From Antedon mediterranea (taxonomy: Eukaryota > Animalia > Echinodermata): 64,000 nucleotides of DNA. How positions within the stretch are numbered: position 1 is the stretch's first letter; each line of letters begins with the position of its first letter. Where the stretch lies: contig NC_092673.1 of NCBI RefSeq assembly GCF_964355755.1, positions 19,527,648-19,591,647 on the forward strand, read 5' to 3'. Shown here piece by piece: positions 1 to 11,604 of the stretch. The notes under the pieces were generated by a model, which searched no databases, was not told the DNA's origin, and was given only the letters and a program-made list of their open reading frames with translations. Both the position numbers and the translations under genes were made by a program.

Positions 1-108
1 GGCCTAGTAGAGTAGTAGGCATGGAGGAAGTCTCCGCAACTTGTTGTTAGTTAAGAGATAACAGACGTCAACTGCATTGGATTGGATTGGTCCTCAGACG
101 AAGCAGGT

Positions 109-959
109 CAAGTCGGCCCTAAACCGTCTCGGCCAAAGTCAAGTCGGCCCCACGTCAAGTCGGCCCCAAGTCAACTCGGCCTCACGTCAACTCGGCCTCA
201 CGTCAACTCGGCCTCACGTCAACTCGGCCTCACGTCAACTCGGCCTCACGTCAACTCGGCCAAAAACTAATCGGTCAACTCGGCCACAATAAAGTATGGA
301 ACGCAAAAAGTGCTTAATATTATTATAATTCTTACTAGCCTATCCACGCTTTAAAAAAAATTAGAAAAAAAAATTAAATAATATATAAAAAAATGAACTC
401 ATTGCCGATATGAATATAAGTACCCGCGTGTTACAAAAACACGTGCAGGTACCGCATTTTAGTAAATCGAACACGGAGGCCTACGTTCCACCATTTGGCC
501 ATAGAAAAAATGATCGTACATATCGTTTTTGTCCATGATTTGCTTTTTAAAAAAAGGGGAATCCCCCGGTCAGTGAAAACACGTAACAGTTGTAGATATC
601 GAAAAAGCTGCCAAAGGCGCAGGGAGGCGCAGCTACGAATTGTTTTCAATTGTGCAATTTGAAATTTTATTAAACGTAAATAAAGAAAAGTTGGTGAAAT
701 CATTCCTACTTTTTTTGCTAAATATATTATTGTCTAAATATTAATATTCATTAAAAGTCAGAATTATTTATAGTTAAAAAATTGTGAAGAAATATTATTT
801 TATCAATCCCCTTCATTTGCACTTTTTGCGTTCCATATTTTAACGGGGCCGAGTTGACCGATTATTTTTTGGCCGAGTTGACGTGAGGCCGAGTTGACTT
901 GAGGCCGAGTTGACTTGGGGCCGACTTGACTTTGGCCGAGACGGTTTAGGGCCGACTTG
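109..959. mobile_element. Non-autonomous foldback/MITE-like DNA element with long TIRs built from 15-bp subrepeats
   Basis: 109-313 (CAAGTCGGCCCTAAACCGTCTCGGCCAAAG..., tandem GTCAACTCGGCCTCA) is the reverse complement of ~819-959; non-coding interior; no clear TSD. Confidence 0.75.
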
Positions 960-1302
960 GATCGAAATCACGATGAGGAAGCTTTAACGTTCATGCTCGA
1001 CTCATTGAGGAGATCAGGGTTAACATTTTTTTTAAAAGCCACAAAAAAAGTAGAACAAAAGCAGAGAGTCGACCCTGCAACCCCTGCCTCTGGGGCTATA
1101 CCCTTATCAATACACCAAGCCATCCATCTCGTTGGTCGAATCGGGTTTTACTTTGTATATGAATGGAGAAAAAATATATTATATGTAAGCTTTTTAACCA
1201 ACCAATCAGAACTTAGTTGACGTCGTTTCTATACTTGTGTAACCACATAACAAACAGGCCTTCCATTGGGTTTCCCTGATCTCACAACAAGCATTCAAAC
1301 AT

Positions 1303-1410
1303 GGTGTTGTGGTCTTTCATTTTCAAAAAACACAGTGTGGTGGTCTTTCATTTTCAGAAAACACATTGTGGTGGTCTTTCATTTTCAGAAAACACATTGT
1401 GGTGGTCTGT
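1303..1410. repeat. Short tandem repeat, ~31-bp unit, ~3.5 copies
   Basis: GTGGTGGTCTTTCATTTTCAGAAAACACATT repeated. Confidence 0.85.
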
Positions 1411-2043
1411 TGTTTTCATGATACATCAAATAACTACAATGCACTGTAAAGTTTGACGAGATGCGTAAAAAACTACTGAACTTTTCTGTTTAATACTGAA
1501 ATTTATTTTAACAATTTCAGAACTTGCAATGCACATAGAGTATGATGATGGACCTATCTAATTATAGTCCATGGTATGATAAAGAAATTGGTACACTATT
1601 TAAAAAGTGTAATAAGGGATCATCTCACAGTGTGTTGATTGACTTGGTGCTGTGTAAACCATGCACTGTGGCTGCTGTGAGTACAGTATAATGCCATATC
1701 TGAATTTCCTCAACTCAGAGGATGAATGCCACTATACATTTATGATGCAGTATTTGTCACAATTGTGTGCATTAACTATTATTACATTATCAGATTTGTG
1801 ATTTGTGATAGTATGTGTACTGACAAGTATCTGCCATTTAATAGTATTAATTGTGTGGTAAAATTGTCAACTAGATGCTGTCCTACAATTACCTCATCCT
1901 TTGGAAGGAACATAAAGTTGTGAACAACATAAATACACATTTTATATGTGAAGTCGGCTATATTGTTTGAAGGTTTTCATGGTGAAATCAAATGTTGATA
2001 TAAAGTTTGCGGTACACCACGTATATTAAGAACTGTTGAGTTT

Positions 2044-2083
2044 CTCGACGTTTCAATCAATATGCTTTGATCGTCCTCAGGAG
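2044..2083 (-). ncRNA. Minimal type I hammerhead ribozyme motif (Penelope-type)
   Basis: Minus strand reads CTC-CTGAGGA-C-GATCAA-AGCATA-TTGATT-GAAAC-GTC-GAG: CUGANGA and GAAA core, stem II, GUC cleavage triplet, CTC/GAG stem I; enclosed by ~37-bp inverted repeats 1993-2029 / 2084-2120. Confidence 0.7.
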
Positions 2084-3887
2084 TTAATATACGTGGTATA
2101 CCACAAACTTTATATCAACAGTCAAGTAGGATAATTGTAGGTGCTGTACTATGGCTACTGTACATCTGAATTCAGTTTCCAGTTTCACCGACAAAAATAC
2201 TTGTTTTTATTGACATTAATTTATTGTGCCTGAAAAGTTTAATTTGTTTAAAAGAATATTAGTATTTCTAATCTACAGTATACTACAAAGGATTGTGTTG
2301 TTGTTTTGTGTGTTAGATTGTACACATAAGGCATGTGTATTGTTACCTCACAAAATAAAACTGATAAGAAATTTAATTTTATTATGCAATTATTTTATCT
2401 TAATTAGTCAGTAAAACATTATGGCTTAGACTTAGAGCACTCTTCATACTAATTGAGATTTGGATGTATAAGTTTCATTCAATTAACAAATGGTAACATG
2501 CATTGATAAACATTTTGTGGTTTAATAAAATGAGATAATTTATTATATAATATAGGGTAAATTACACAGAAAAGGTCATGTGATGATGTGCGTTTGCCTA
2601 GCTTTTGTTTAAGGTGCACTTTCACCTTGGCTGGAAACCCCAGGGCAATTTTCAGTCATTGTTATCTTTCAGGTTTAGATACAAGTGATTATTAATTTCC
2701 AATAGACCATAAAAACTCATCACTGCATTTGTGAGTTTGTTCTTTGTTGACATAAAATCTTTTCTTTTCCATTAAATAGGCTAGTCATGCAAGACTGATT
2801 GAGGAAGTCATGTGACACAGAGAACGCAGCAAAGAGGGTGTTAGCACTTTGCATTACAATAAACACCTTATAGGCTGGTAGCGTACAATCCCATTGCTGG
2901 ACCAGTGGATGGAGGATTCTTTTCCAGACAAATGACATAATTTTATCGTTACCTACATTATTTATAAAATCATTAGTGTGAGTATATTTTTTTTCATTTC
3001 ATTATAGTAATTTGACTTTTAAGCTAGTAGAGCTTGTTGTATAAGGTTTAAACATGGAGAAATAATAGCTCCATGGTTTAAAAGCTAGTCAGTAATAATA
3101 CAACACAATGGTTCATATAACAAACAGTAGCCAAAACATATTTTGGTTTATAATCGGGTATTGCAAACTGCGCAAACACTGCGCAAACACTGCGCAAACA
3201 ACAAAAAAAGCTGCGCAAACCTCCTTCAAAACAATTATTATTGATTAGAACACAACTAGAACTATATAGGGAGACAATTTATGAGAAAAAAAAATTTGAA
3301 ATTCCTTTAAGTTTGCCGTTTTTTTGGTGAAAAACTTCAATTTTTGGGAAAATTACTGATTTCACAGCGCAAACAACAAAAAAAAGCTGCGCAAACCTCT
3401 TTCAAAACAATTATTATTGATTAGAACACAACTAGAACTATATAGGGAGACAATTTATGAGAAAAAAAAATTTGAAATTCCTTTAAGTTTGCCTTTTTTT
3501 GGGTGAAAAACTTCAATTTTTGGGAAAATTACTGATTTCACAGCGCAAACAACAAAAGCTGCGCAAACCTCCTTCAAAACAATTAATATTGATAGAACAC
3601 AACTAGAACTATATAGGGAGACAATTTATGGGAAAAAAAATTTGAAATTCCTTTAAGTTTGCCTTATTTTTGGTTAAAAACTTCAATTTTTGGGAAAATG
3701 ACTGATTTCACAGTGCAAACCCCCAAAAAAAGCTGCGCAAACCTCCTTCAAAACAATTAATATTGATAGAACACAACTAGAACTATATAGATGACAAATT
3801 TCGTTTTTGTAAAAGCACAAGTTAACGGAGTACTTACTCGAACGTTTCGATCTCTATCAGAGATCCTTCTCAACTGACTGCGGAGTG

Positions 3888-5054
3888 TTAATGCAGCTTG
3901 GTCATTCTTGACGTCATCTGTTGATGACGTCGTACGCCTCCGGTTGTAGGTTGGAGGTTGTGCGGGGCTCGGCCAGGTGATGTGTCTATCAAATCATTGT
4001 ACAAATGCGAGAGTTCGTGGGCTCCAGTGTCCCGGTTCATGGTCTTCTCCTTATTTCTCCTTATATGTAATGATTCTCTAATCTGTCTGTCTTTGCGTTT
4101 AGGCTCTTTGGTTAAGATGGTAGCCTCCCAGTTTGGTACATGATTGTGTTTTATGACATGTTCTGTAATGGCAGATTTGTGTATGATCGAAGATGTGGAT
4201 GTTCTGGAGGCCCTAGTCATTACTCCCCCCGTGTTTGTTGTAACATCTTTTTTGTGATCATTAATTCGTGTTTGTAATGCTCTCCCTGTTTCCCCAATGT
4301 AAACTTGTGGACAGTTGCGGCAGGTGACTTCGTAGATTACTCCACATGTATCCATCTTCTCGATTTTATCTTTTGGGTGGACGAGGCTATTCTTGATTTT
4401 ATTTTGGGGTAGGAAATAGGTTCCGACATTGTGATAGGAGAGAGTGCGTCGTATTCTTTCTGCCATTCCTTTTACATAGGGGATTCCTATGCTACCTCGC
4501 ATCTTGATCTTTTCCTTCTGTGGTTCGTGTCCTTTGTTCTTTTTTCTTTTTCGGTTTTCCATAACTCTCTGGAAGGACCACTCTGGATACTGGCAGTTGT
4601 GTAACGCTTTCTTGATGTTATCCATCTCAACTTTCCTCAAATCCATATCTCCCACTACCTTCTCAGCTCTGTCCACAAGCGTGTTTATAAGCCCCAGTTT
4701 GTGTTCGAGTGGATGATGTGAGTTGAAATGTAAATATTGGTCTGTGTGAGTGGGCTTCCGATAAACTGAGGTGGTAACTGTTCCATTGTCATTGAGTGTG
4801 ATGAGCATGTCCAGGAAAGGTATTGTGTTGTTTGTCATGGATTCTGTGGTGAACTTGATATTGTCAGTTATATCGATGTTATTAAGATGTGTGTTAAATG
4901 TATGTACTGTACCTATGGGGATGATAGCTAATACATCATCAACGTATCGTTTCCAATACACAGGCTTGATGTTAGTGGGTGCCGTGTTTATGGCTTGATG
5001 TTCGAGCCACTCTAGATACAAGTTCGCCAATATAGGACTTATTGGGCTTCCCAT
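3888..5054 (-). CDS. Penelope-like reverse transcriptase C-terminal half plus GIY-YIG endonuclease (5'-truncated)
   Basis: MGSPISPILANLY, WKRYVDD, IPFLD, YRKPTHTDQYL, GVIYEVTCRNC..YIGETGR. Confidence 0.92.
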   Translation of the reverse strand: MGSPISPILANLYLEWLEHQAINTAPTNIKPVYWKRYVDDVLAIIPIGTVHTFNTHLNNIDITDNIKFTTESMTNNTIPFLDMLITLNDNGTVTTSVYRKPTHTDQYLHFNSHHPLEHKLGLINTLVDRAEKVVGDMDLRKVEMDNIKKALHNCQYPEWSFQRVMENRKRKKNKGHEPQKEKIKMRGSIGIPYVKGMAERIRRTLSYHNVGTYFLPQNKIKNSLVHPKDKIEKMDTCGVIYEVTCRNCPQVYIGETGRALQTRINDHKKDVTTNTGGVMTRASRTSTSSIIHKSAITEHVIKHNHVPNWEATILTKEPKRKDRQIRESLHIRRNKEKTMNRDTGAHELSHLYNDLIDTSPGRAPHNLQPTTGGVRRHQQMTSRMTKLH

Positions 5055-5127
5055 AGCCTCCAACCTACAACCGGAGGCGTACGACGTCATCAACAGATGA
5101 CGTCAAGAATGACCAAGCTGCATTAAC

Positions 5128-5180
5128 ACTCCGCAGTCAGTTGAGAAGGATCTCTGATAGAGATCGAAACGTTCGAGTAA
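5128..5180 (+). ncRNA. Non-canonical hammerhead-like motif in Penelope pseudo-LTR (second copy on - strand at ~3835-3886)
   Basis: TTGAGAAG-GATCTC-TGATA-GAGATC-GAAAC-GTTC: stem II and GAAAC present, core deviates from CUGANGA. Confidence 0.45.
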
Positions 5181-6425
5181 GTACTCCGTTAACGAAATAT
5201 GTCATCTATACAAAATCGAAGCTAAATGAAATTCTTTCTAGAACTATATAGGGAGACAATTTATGTGAAAAAAAAATTTGAAATTCCTTTAAGTTTGCCT
5301 TTTTTTGGGTGAAAAACTTCAATTTTTGGGAAAATTACTGATTTCACAGCGCAAACAACAAAAAAAGCTGCGCAAACCTCCTTCAAAACAATAAATATTG
5401 ATAGAACACAACTAGAACTATATAGGGAGACAATTTATGGGAAAACAAATTTGAAATTCCTTCAAGTTTGCCTTTTTTTGGGTGAAAAACTTCAATTTTT
5501 GGGAAAATTACTGATTTCACAGCGCAAACCCCCAAAAAAAGCTGCGCAAACCTCCTTCAAACCAATTAATATTGATTAAAACACAACTAGACCTATATAG
5601 GCAGACAATTTATTGGGAAAAAATTTGAAATTCCTTTAAGTTTGCCTTATTTTTGGTGAAAAACTTCAATTTTTGGGAAAATTACTGATTTCACAGCGCA
5701 AACAACAAAAAAAGCTGCGCAAACCTCCTTCAAAACAATTAATATTGATAGAACACAACAAGAACTATATAGGGAGACAATTTATGTGAAAAAAAAGTTT
5801 GAAATTCCTTTAAGTTTGCCTTTTTTTGGGTGAAAAACTTCAATTTTTGGGAAAATTACTGATTTCACAGCGCAAACCCCCAAAACAAGCTGCGCAAACC
5901 TCCTTCAAACCAATTATTATTGATTAAAACACAACTAGACCTATATAGGGAGACAATTTATGAGGAAAAAAATTAAAAATTCCTTTAAGTTTGCCTTTTT
6001 TTGGTTAAAAACTTCAATTTTTGGGAAGATTACTGATTTCACAGCGCAAACCCCCAAAAAAGCTGCGCAAACCTACTTCAAACCAATTAATATTTAAATT
6101 TAATATTTTAAGTTTTTGCCCCAAAAAAAGGCAAACTTTTTTCCATAAAATGTCTCCCTATATAGGTCTAGTTGTGTTCTAATAAATATTAATTGGTTTG
6201 AAGGAGGTTTGCGCAGCTTTTTTGGGGGTTTGCGCTGTGAAATCTGTAATTTTCCCAAAATATTAAAGTTTTTCACCCAAAAAAAGGCAAACTAAAGGAA
6301 TTTCAAATTTGTTTCTCATAAATTGATCATATGATGAGCTCTGTAAATTGTGTGCATGTACGGTATCCATGCATTGTGCTATTGAAAAACTCTTTAAACT
6401 TATAGAGAATCATTGTGAGGATGTA

Positions 6426-7286
6426 CCGTATATTTCGGTGTATAAGTCGCACTTTTGACACGCAAATTTGACCTCCAAATTAAGGGTGCGTCTTATACAC
6501 CGAACATAAATGCCTCACCACACAGATTGTACATAGGCCTAGGCCTAGGCTATCGTCACCTCGTTTGCTAGGCCTGAGTAGGCTAGGCCTAGCTACAGTA
6601 ACTAACTAACGTAACGGCAACCTGCTTCTGCCTAGCCTAGGCCTAGTTTTCAAGTCATTTTAGCATGATGTTAATTATACTAAATATGATGAAAAGATTT
6701 GTTCATTATGGCGCTCCGATAAAATTTCATTTGTAAACGTTTACGTCGTACGATTGGAATAGTATTTATTTATACAGTAGTTATACGCACGATCGCCGTA
6801 CCACAAGCGCAAGCCCTTCTTTTGGTGGCACATGGTGTACGGTATTCGAGTAGTATATTCTCCAGGTGATTATAGCATGGACCTAGCGTACACACTTCTC
6901 GGATACATAGATACTAATCGAATACGATTGTCCGTGAAAACGTGCGCCCTCTCGAAATGATCGAGCGAGGCTAGCCCACACACGTGCGTGTTACACACAC
7001 GGTCATGCACTCGATGTTGCGGCGAAACTCATGAATAACAAGTTAGAAAGAACTTGTTGAGGCTGGGCGCGGCCGAGCCTAGGTAAGTAAAAACCTGAAT
7101 AAAGGACGCCGTTGTAGATATAACAAAATATATTATCACAATAATATTGATTACAATTTAAAAAAATTGTTTTGATGAAATATAAGGTGCGTCTTATACA
7201 TCGACGATATAAAAAATACCGATATTTTACTCTCAGTTGGGGGTGCGTCTTATACACAGGTGCGACTTATACACCGAAATATACGG
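6426..7286. mobile_element. Tc2/pogo-like (Tc1/mariner) MITE
   Basis: TIR CCGTATATTTCGGTGTATAAGTCGCAC / GTGCGACTTATACACCGAAATATACGG; TA flanks at 6424-6425 and 7287-7288; subterminal GGTGCGTCTTATAC motifs. Confidence 0.88.
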
Positions 7287-7729
7287 TATGTAATTTAATT
7301 ATAATTTCTGAACCATGCCTTATATAGATGTGAATGAATTATGCACATTTACAGGTTTGATAGTTTTCTTCTTTCATTAGCATTGACTATAATCACAAAT
7401 GATACAGTCATTAAAAATACAATTCACGGGGTAGGGGTACAAAAACGGTTTTTAGAGTCAAAGTAATATTGATGGATAATATTGATGGATAATATGGTGC
7501 ATAATTAGCAAGCAAAGTGATTGTTTACAACTGGAAATGTTTTGTGATCGATTAGGAGCTACCTGTTTCAGAGCATAGATTTCATTTTTATGAGTTATTA
7601 TAGGGGTCAAAAGGCTAATGATGACCTCTCAATAATTTATTTTGGGATCAATTGCTTTCCCTGACAAACCTGTTTCTGTGTATAAGTAGTGCGTCATCAA
7701 TGCACTACAAAACAAACATATGATATATT

Positions 7730-8330
7730 AGGGACTTTTAGATTTGAGTGAACGTGAACTAAATCCACGTCCACATGGGTCGTATGATCCTATTTTGGTA
7801 ATTCTCGCGACCCAACATTGCGTATTTGAGCCACAGACCTGCCATGTTAAGTGACACCCATAGATGGCCGGAAATGGTACTGTCGCACGTAAAAATCCAT
7901 ATAAAAGGCACCTCTAGTCCACTATAATAATAGCGCGCTCGCAATTGGCAAAAGGATCGTAGCCTACTTTTTCCGCCGGTACACACATTTGTGTTCAATG
8001 CTAACATCCCGAACCATAAAAAGTTCCCCTGGCTAGGAACAACATCGCTATGAGTGTAATTTGGGAGGGACCTGTTTCTATTGAATGTTCATTGTAAATG
8101 TTCCCACCGCCGGTACATCAAAGGTTGCACTTTTTCAGTCAAGTTACACACTCATTGCAAACTACAGAACAATAGCGTCATAGAACCAGTTAGTAGATTA
8201 ATAAATCCACGTCCTAAAAGGGGATTCCCCACTTGTATATTAACAACGAACTATGCGTCAAAAGCGTCCATTGGCCCGTTGTCGATTCCCAATTGTGTGT
8301 ACGCTACTCGCCTCAACATAGGGAAAAACT
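7730..8330. mobile_element. DNA transposon-derived fragment (unclassified)
   Basis: GC-richer segment; ~7850-8010 (GACACC..AGATGGCCGGAAATG..ATCGTAGCCTACTTTTTCCGCCGGTA) matches internal repeats of the element at 14996-17251. Confidence 0.5.
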
Positions 8331-8360
8331 GTAGATGTAAAATATAATTAGACTTTGTAG

Positions 8361-8723
8361 ATTCTACAAAACTGAGAACCTTTCACATCTAGATCAGTTT
8401 ATACTATCTAAAATTTTTTCTGAGGAAATAGACATTCCCGTATCTCATCCTCGGGAATCAATAATATCACCTATAATTAAATGTGGACCAGAAGGTACCA
8501 CCTTCAACAAGCCTATTTCATTGTCATTTCCACGCGATGCTGTAAATGAAGAGAATTGGGAATTTACTCTACTTTTTAAAGATCACATTCAAGATGAATG
8601 GAAACAAATAGCATTGACAAATGTTAGAAAGGACGTTCATTTTACTTTAAACAAAGGTCTATGTTGTATAACGTTAAATCATTTTAGTTGGTATGCACTA
8701 AAGGGTCATGTCATTAGTGTGAT
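8361..8723 (+). CDS. Candidate exon encoding the C-terminal part of a ZU5 domain ending in an HFS motif
   Basis: Open frame EEIDIPVSHPRESIISPIIKCGPEGTTFNKPISLSFPRDA...W...CCITLNHFSWYALKG matches the ZU5 signature SPxIxCGPxGxxFxKPxxLxxP; acceptor TTTGTAG at 8360, donor GTGAGT at 8724 (phase 2-2). Linkage to the downstream Roco gene is not established. Confidence 0.7.
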
Positions 8724-8996
8724 GTGAGTTATATATTTTTTAAATTTCATAATAGTAATTTGGCTTTTAAGCTAGTAGAGCTTGTTGTATGAAGGTTTAA
8801 ACATGGAGCTGTAATAATAGCTCCATGGTTTAAAGTTAGTAAGTAATAATACAATACAATGGTTCATACAACAAACAGTAACCAAAACATATTTTGGTTT
8901 ATAATCCAACAGAAATATGTTGTGTGAGAATAAATGCTATTTTAAATGTCTTATTAATTCTTTTTAATTGTGGTTTGCTGTCTTTAAATTAGCTTA

Positions 8997-9835
8997 TGAT
9001 TGTCATGTTTATACTGAGACTATCTTACCTATTTATTGCCATGTTTATACTGAGACTATCTTACCTACTGATTGCCATGTTTATACTGAGACTATCTTAC
9101 CTACTGATTGCCATGTTTATACTGAGACTATCTTACCTTTTGATTGCCATGTTTATACTGAGACTATCTTACCTTTTGATTGCCCTGTTTATACTGAGAC
9201 TATCTTACCTATTGATTGCCATGTTTATACTGAGACTATCTTACCTATTGATTGCCATGTTTATACTGAGACTATCTTACCTATTGATTGCCATGTTTAT
9301 ACTGAGACTATCTTACCTATTTATTGCCATGTTTATACTGAGACTATCTTTACCTATTGATTACCATGTTTATACTGAGACTATCTTACCTATTGATTGC
9401 CATGTTTATACTGAGACTATCTTACCTATTGATTACCATGTTTATACTGAGACTATCTTACCTATTGATTACCATGTTTATACTGAGACTGTCTTACCTA
9501 TTGATTGCCATGTTTATACTGACACTATCTTTACCTTTTGATTGCCATGTTTATACTGAGACTATCTTACCTATTGATTGCCATGTTTATACTGAGACTA
9601 TCTTACCTATTGATTGCCATGTTTATACTGAGACTATCTTTACCTTTTGATTGCCATGTTTATACTGAGACTATCTTACCTTTTGATTGCCATGTTTATA
9701 CTGAGACTATCTTACCTATTGATTGCCATGTTTATACTGAGACTATCTTTACCTTTTTATTGCCATGTTTATGCTGAGACTATCTTACCTATTGATTGCC
9801 AAGTTTATACTGACACTATCTTACCTATTTATTGC
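8997..9835. repeat. 36-bp minisatellite, ~23 copies
   Basis: Unit TGCCATGTTTATACTGAGACTATCTTACCTATTGAT. Confidence 0.95.
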
Positions 9836-9844
9836 TGGAAGTCA

Positions 9845-9996
9845 AAGTTATTTTTTGAACAAAAAAACATCTGTATTTCAGTTAAATGATTTTTTTTTCG
9901 ACTAATTTTTGGTGAAAGTTAATAACTATTATGATACTTCAAAATGACCCACTTTTTTGCGAAATAGTATTAGTCAAAGGGACAATACATCTTTAA
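9845..9996. mobile_element. 3' end fragment of the Kolobok-like MITE seen intact at 14247-14753
   Basis: Matches ~14580-14757; ends GGGACAATACATCT-TTAA. Confidence 0.8.
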
Positions 9997-10114
9997 CAAT
10001 GAAGTATTTTATATGGTTTAAATTTTTTATTAAAAATGTTCTCATTGTGAAAAAATTTGGTCACTGTGTTTGTTGGAAATTGTGATGTAATTGTAAGGCA
10101 ATAATTGTCCTTTT

Positions 10115-10580
10115 TAATAATAATAATAATAAACAGTATTTATATAGCGCCTAATGGATCACTGACCCCTCTAGGTGCTTTACATTAGACCTTAACTAAT
10201 GGTAATAAACTATCCCCCGCCGGACACCATTCCGGTATTTCTTAGTCGAGGTTTCGGGGATGGAGACAATCACTAATGCGAAAAAAAAATGTAATTAAGC
10301 TTAACTATGCTTAACTAAGGTAAAACTATCCCCCGCCGGACACCGTCAAGGTTTCGGGGCCAGAATTAAGAATAGAGAGTAAATGAAGCATGCACAACTT
10401 AAGCTAGGGTTAAGCTATCCCCCGCCGGACACCATCCCGGTATTTCTGAGTCAAGGTTTCGGGGAAGGAATAAATGAATGAATGAATAAGTTAATTAATA
10501 CCGGATGAGAACAGATGGGCTTTCAGTCGTGATTTAAAAATACTGACTGAAGGAGCAAGTCTCACAAAGAGTGGAAGTTT
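10115..10580 (-). mobile_element. L2-clade LINE 3' end
   Basis: Minus strand encodes LPLFVRLAPSVSIFKSRLKAHLF, then a 3' UTR with three CTATCCCCCGCCGGACACC repeats and a TGTAAAGCACC...GCGCTATATAAATAC...(TTA)n tail. Confidence 0.8.
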
Positions 10581-11604
10581 AAGTGCTTATAACATGTAAT
10601 TGTGCGTTATTTATTTATTTATTTTATGCTTACTATGGAATGACAATGCATGCGTGTTAATAATTTTTGTATTCATATTCATTAAATCAACCATCATAAA
10701 TAGACTAAATTTAGTTTCATTTACAACATAATAATGATATTGAAATCTATTTTAATGAAATATCCAGTTTCGTAATATTTATTATTTTTCAAAAAATCTT
10801 AGATATCAAAAATACCCTATAATTTGTTATAATGAGTTAAAAAATATATTATTATTTATTATTATTGCTTTTAACTTTGATGAAATTATATAGAAACTTT
10901 AAAAAAAATGAAAATATTATTAGGATAATTATGATTGACAAAGCTAATACGCACACTCACTTTTATCAATCATACTTTGACTTTTGACAAGATCGCCTAC
11001 ATTTTTAGTATTACTTTACAATACTTGGTGTTGTATTTTCTAGAACAGCCGCTCCATAATCTTTTCTTCCTTATATCTTTACTCTTATTTTAAAAGGTAA
11101 TACTAACAAATTTAATTAAATGAATGTATCTAATGATCAAATAACTGTTTTCTCATCGTAATTTATTTCCAAAATTAAAAAGCCATCAACAATTTTTAAT
11201 AAACATAATGTACATTATACATCGTACATTCCTATCATAACAAACTATTCAAAACTTTCTATTATTTAAAAATCAAAGAAAATCGGGTTTCAGATCCACC
11301 CTGGCCTATGTGTTTCTCGGAGACTTGGTTAATCGGAGGGTAATTCGCATGAACGTTTTGAGATATGTGGGTTCCAGTTATTTTGAGGATTTCCTTGCTC
11401 AAATTGTAAATAATAGTGCATTGATTTTGCACAATAATAAAGTTAAACAGCAATTAAATTGTGCAAGAAAAGCTGTTGCACAATTTGATACCACAACAAC
11501 CTAATGAGGAACATACACAGCCAATCCCATCACCCACTGCACACCCAATCCCATCAATTTTATACCACAACAACCTAATGAGTCACATACACAGCCAATC
11601 TTAG

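Larger units (their letters stand above)
3791..5237 (-). mobile_element. Penelope-like retroelement, 5'-truncated, with inverted 5' pseudo-LTR
   Basis: RT plus GIY-YIG ORF; ~5056-5210 is an inverted copy of ~3791-3960 plus a short extra tail; 14-bp TSD CTAGAACTATATAG at 3777-3790 and 5238-5251. Confidence 0.92.
3156..6325. repeat. ~176-bp tandem repeat array, probably the interior of a DNA element, with one inverted unit at ~6110-6325; interrupted by a Penelope element
   Basis: Unit GCGCAAACCTCCTTCAAAACAATT...GGGAAAATTACTGATTTCACA repeated ~8 times; inserted after TATAATC relative to the paralogous segment ending at 8906. Confidence 0.85.

Noticed and set aside
77-292. ORFs with SASRQLGLTSTRPHVN repeats
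   Set aside because: Translation of the 15-bp subrepeats in a MITE TIR
8968-9889. Repetitive ORFs (DCHVYTETILPI / IAMFILRLSYLL)
   Set aside because: Translations of a 36-bp minisatellite, open in two frames, with 1-bp indels and no splice signals
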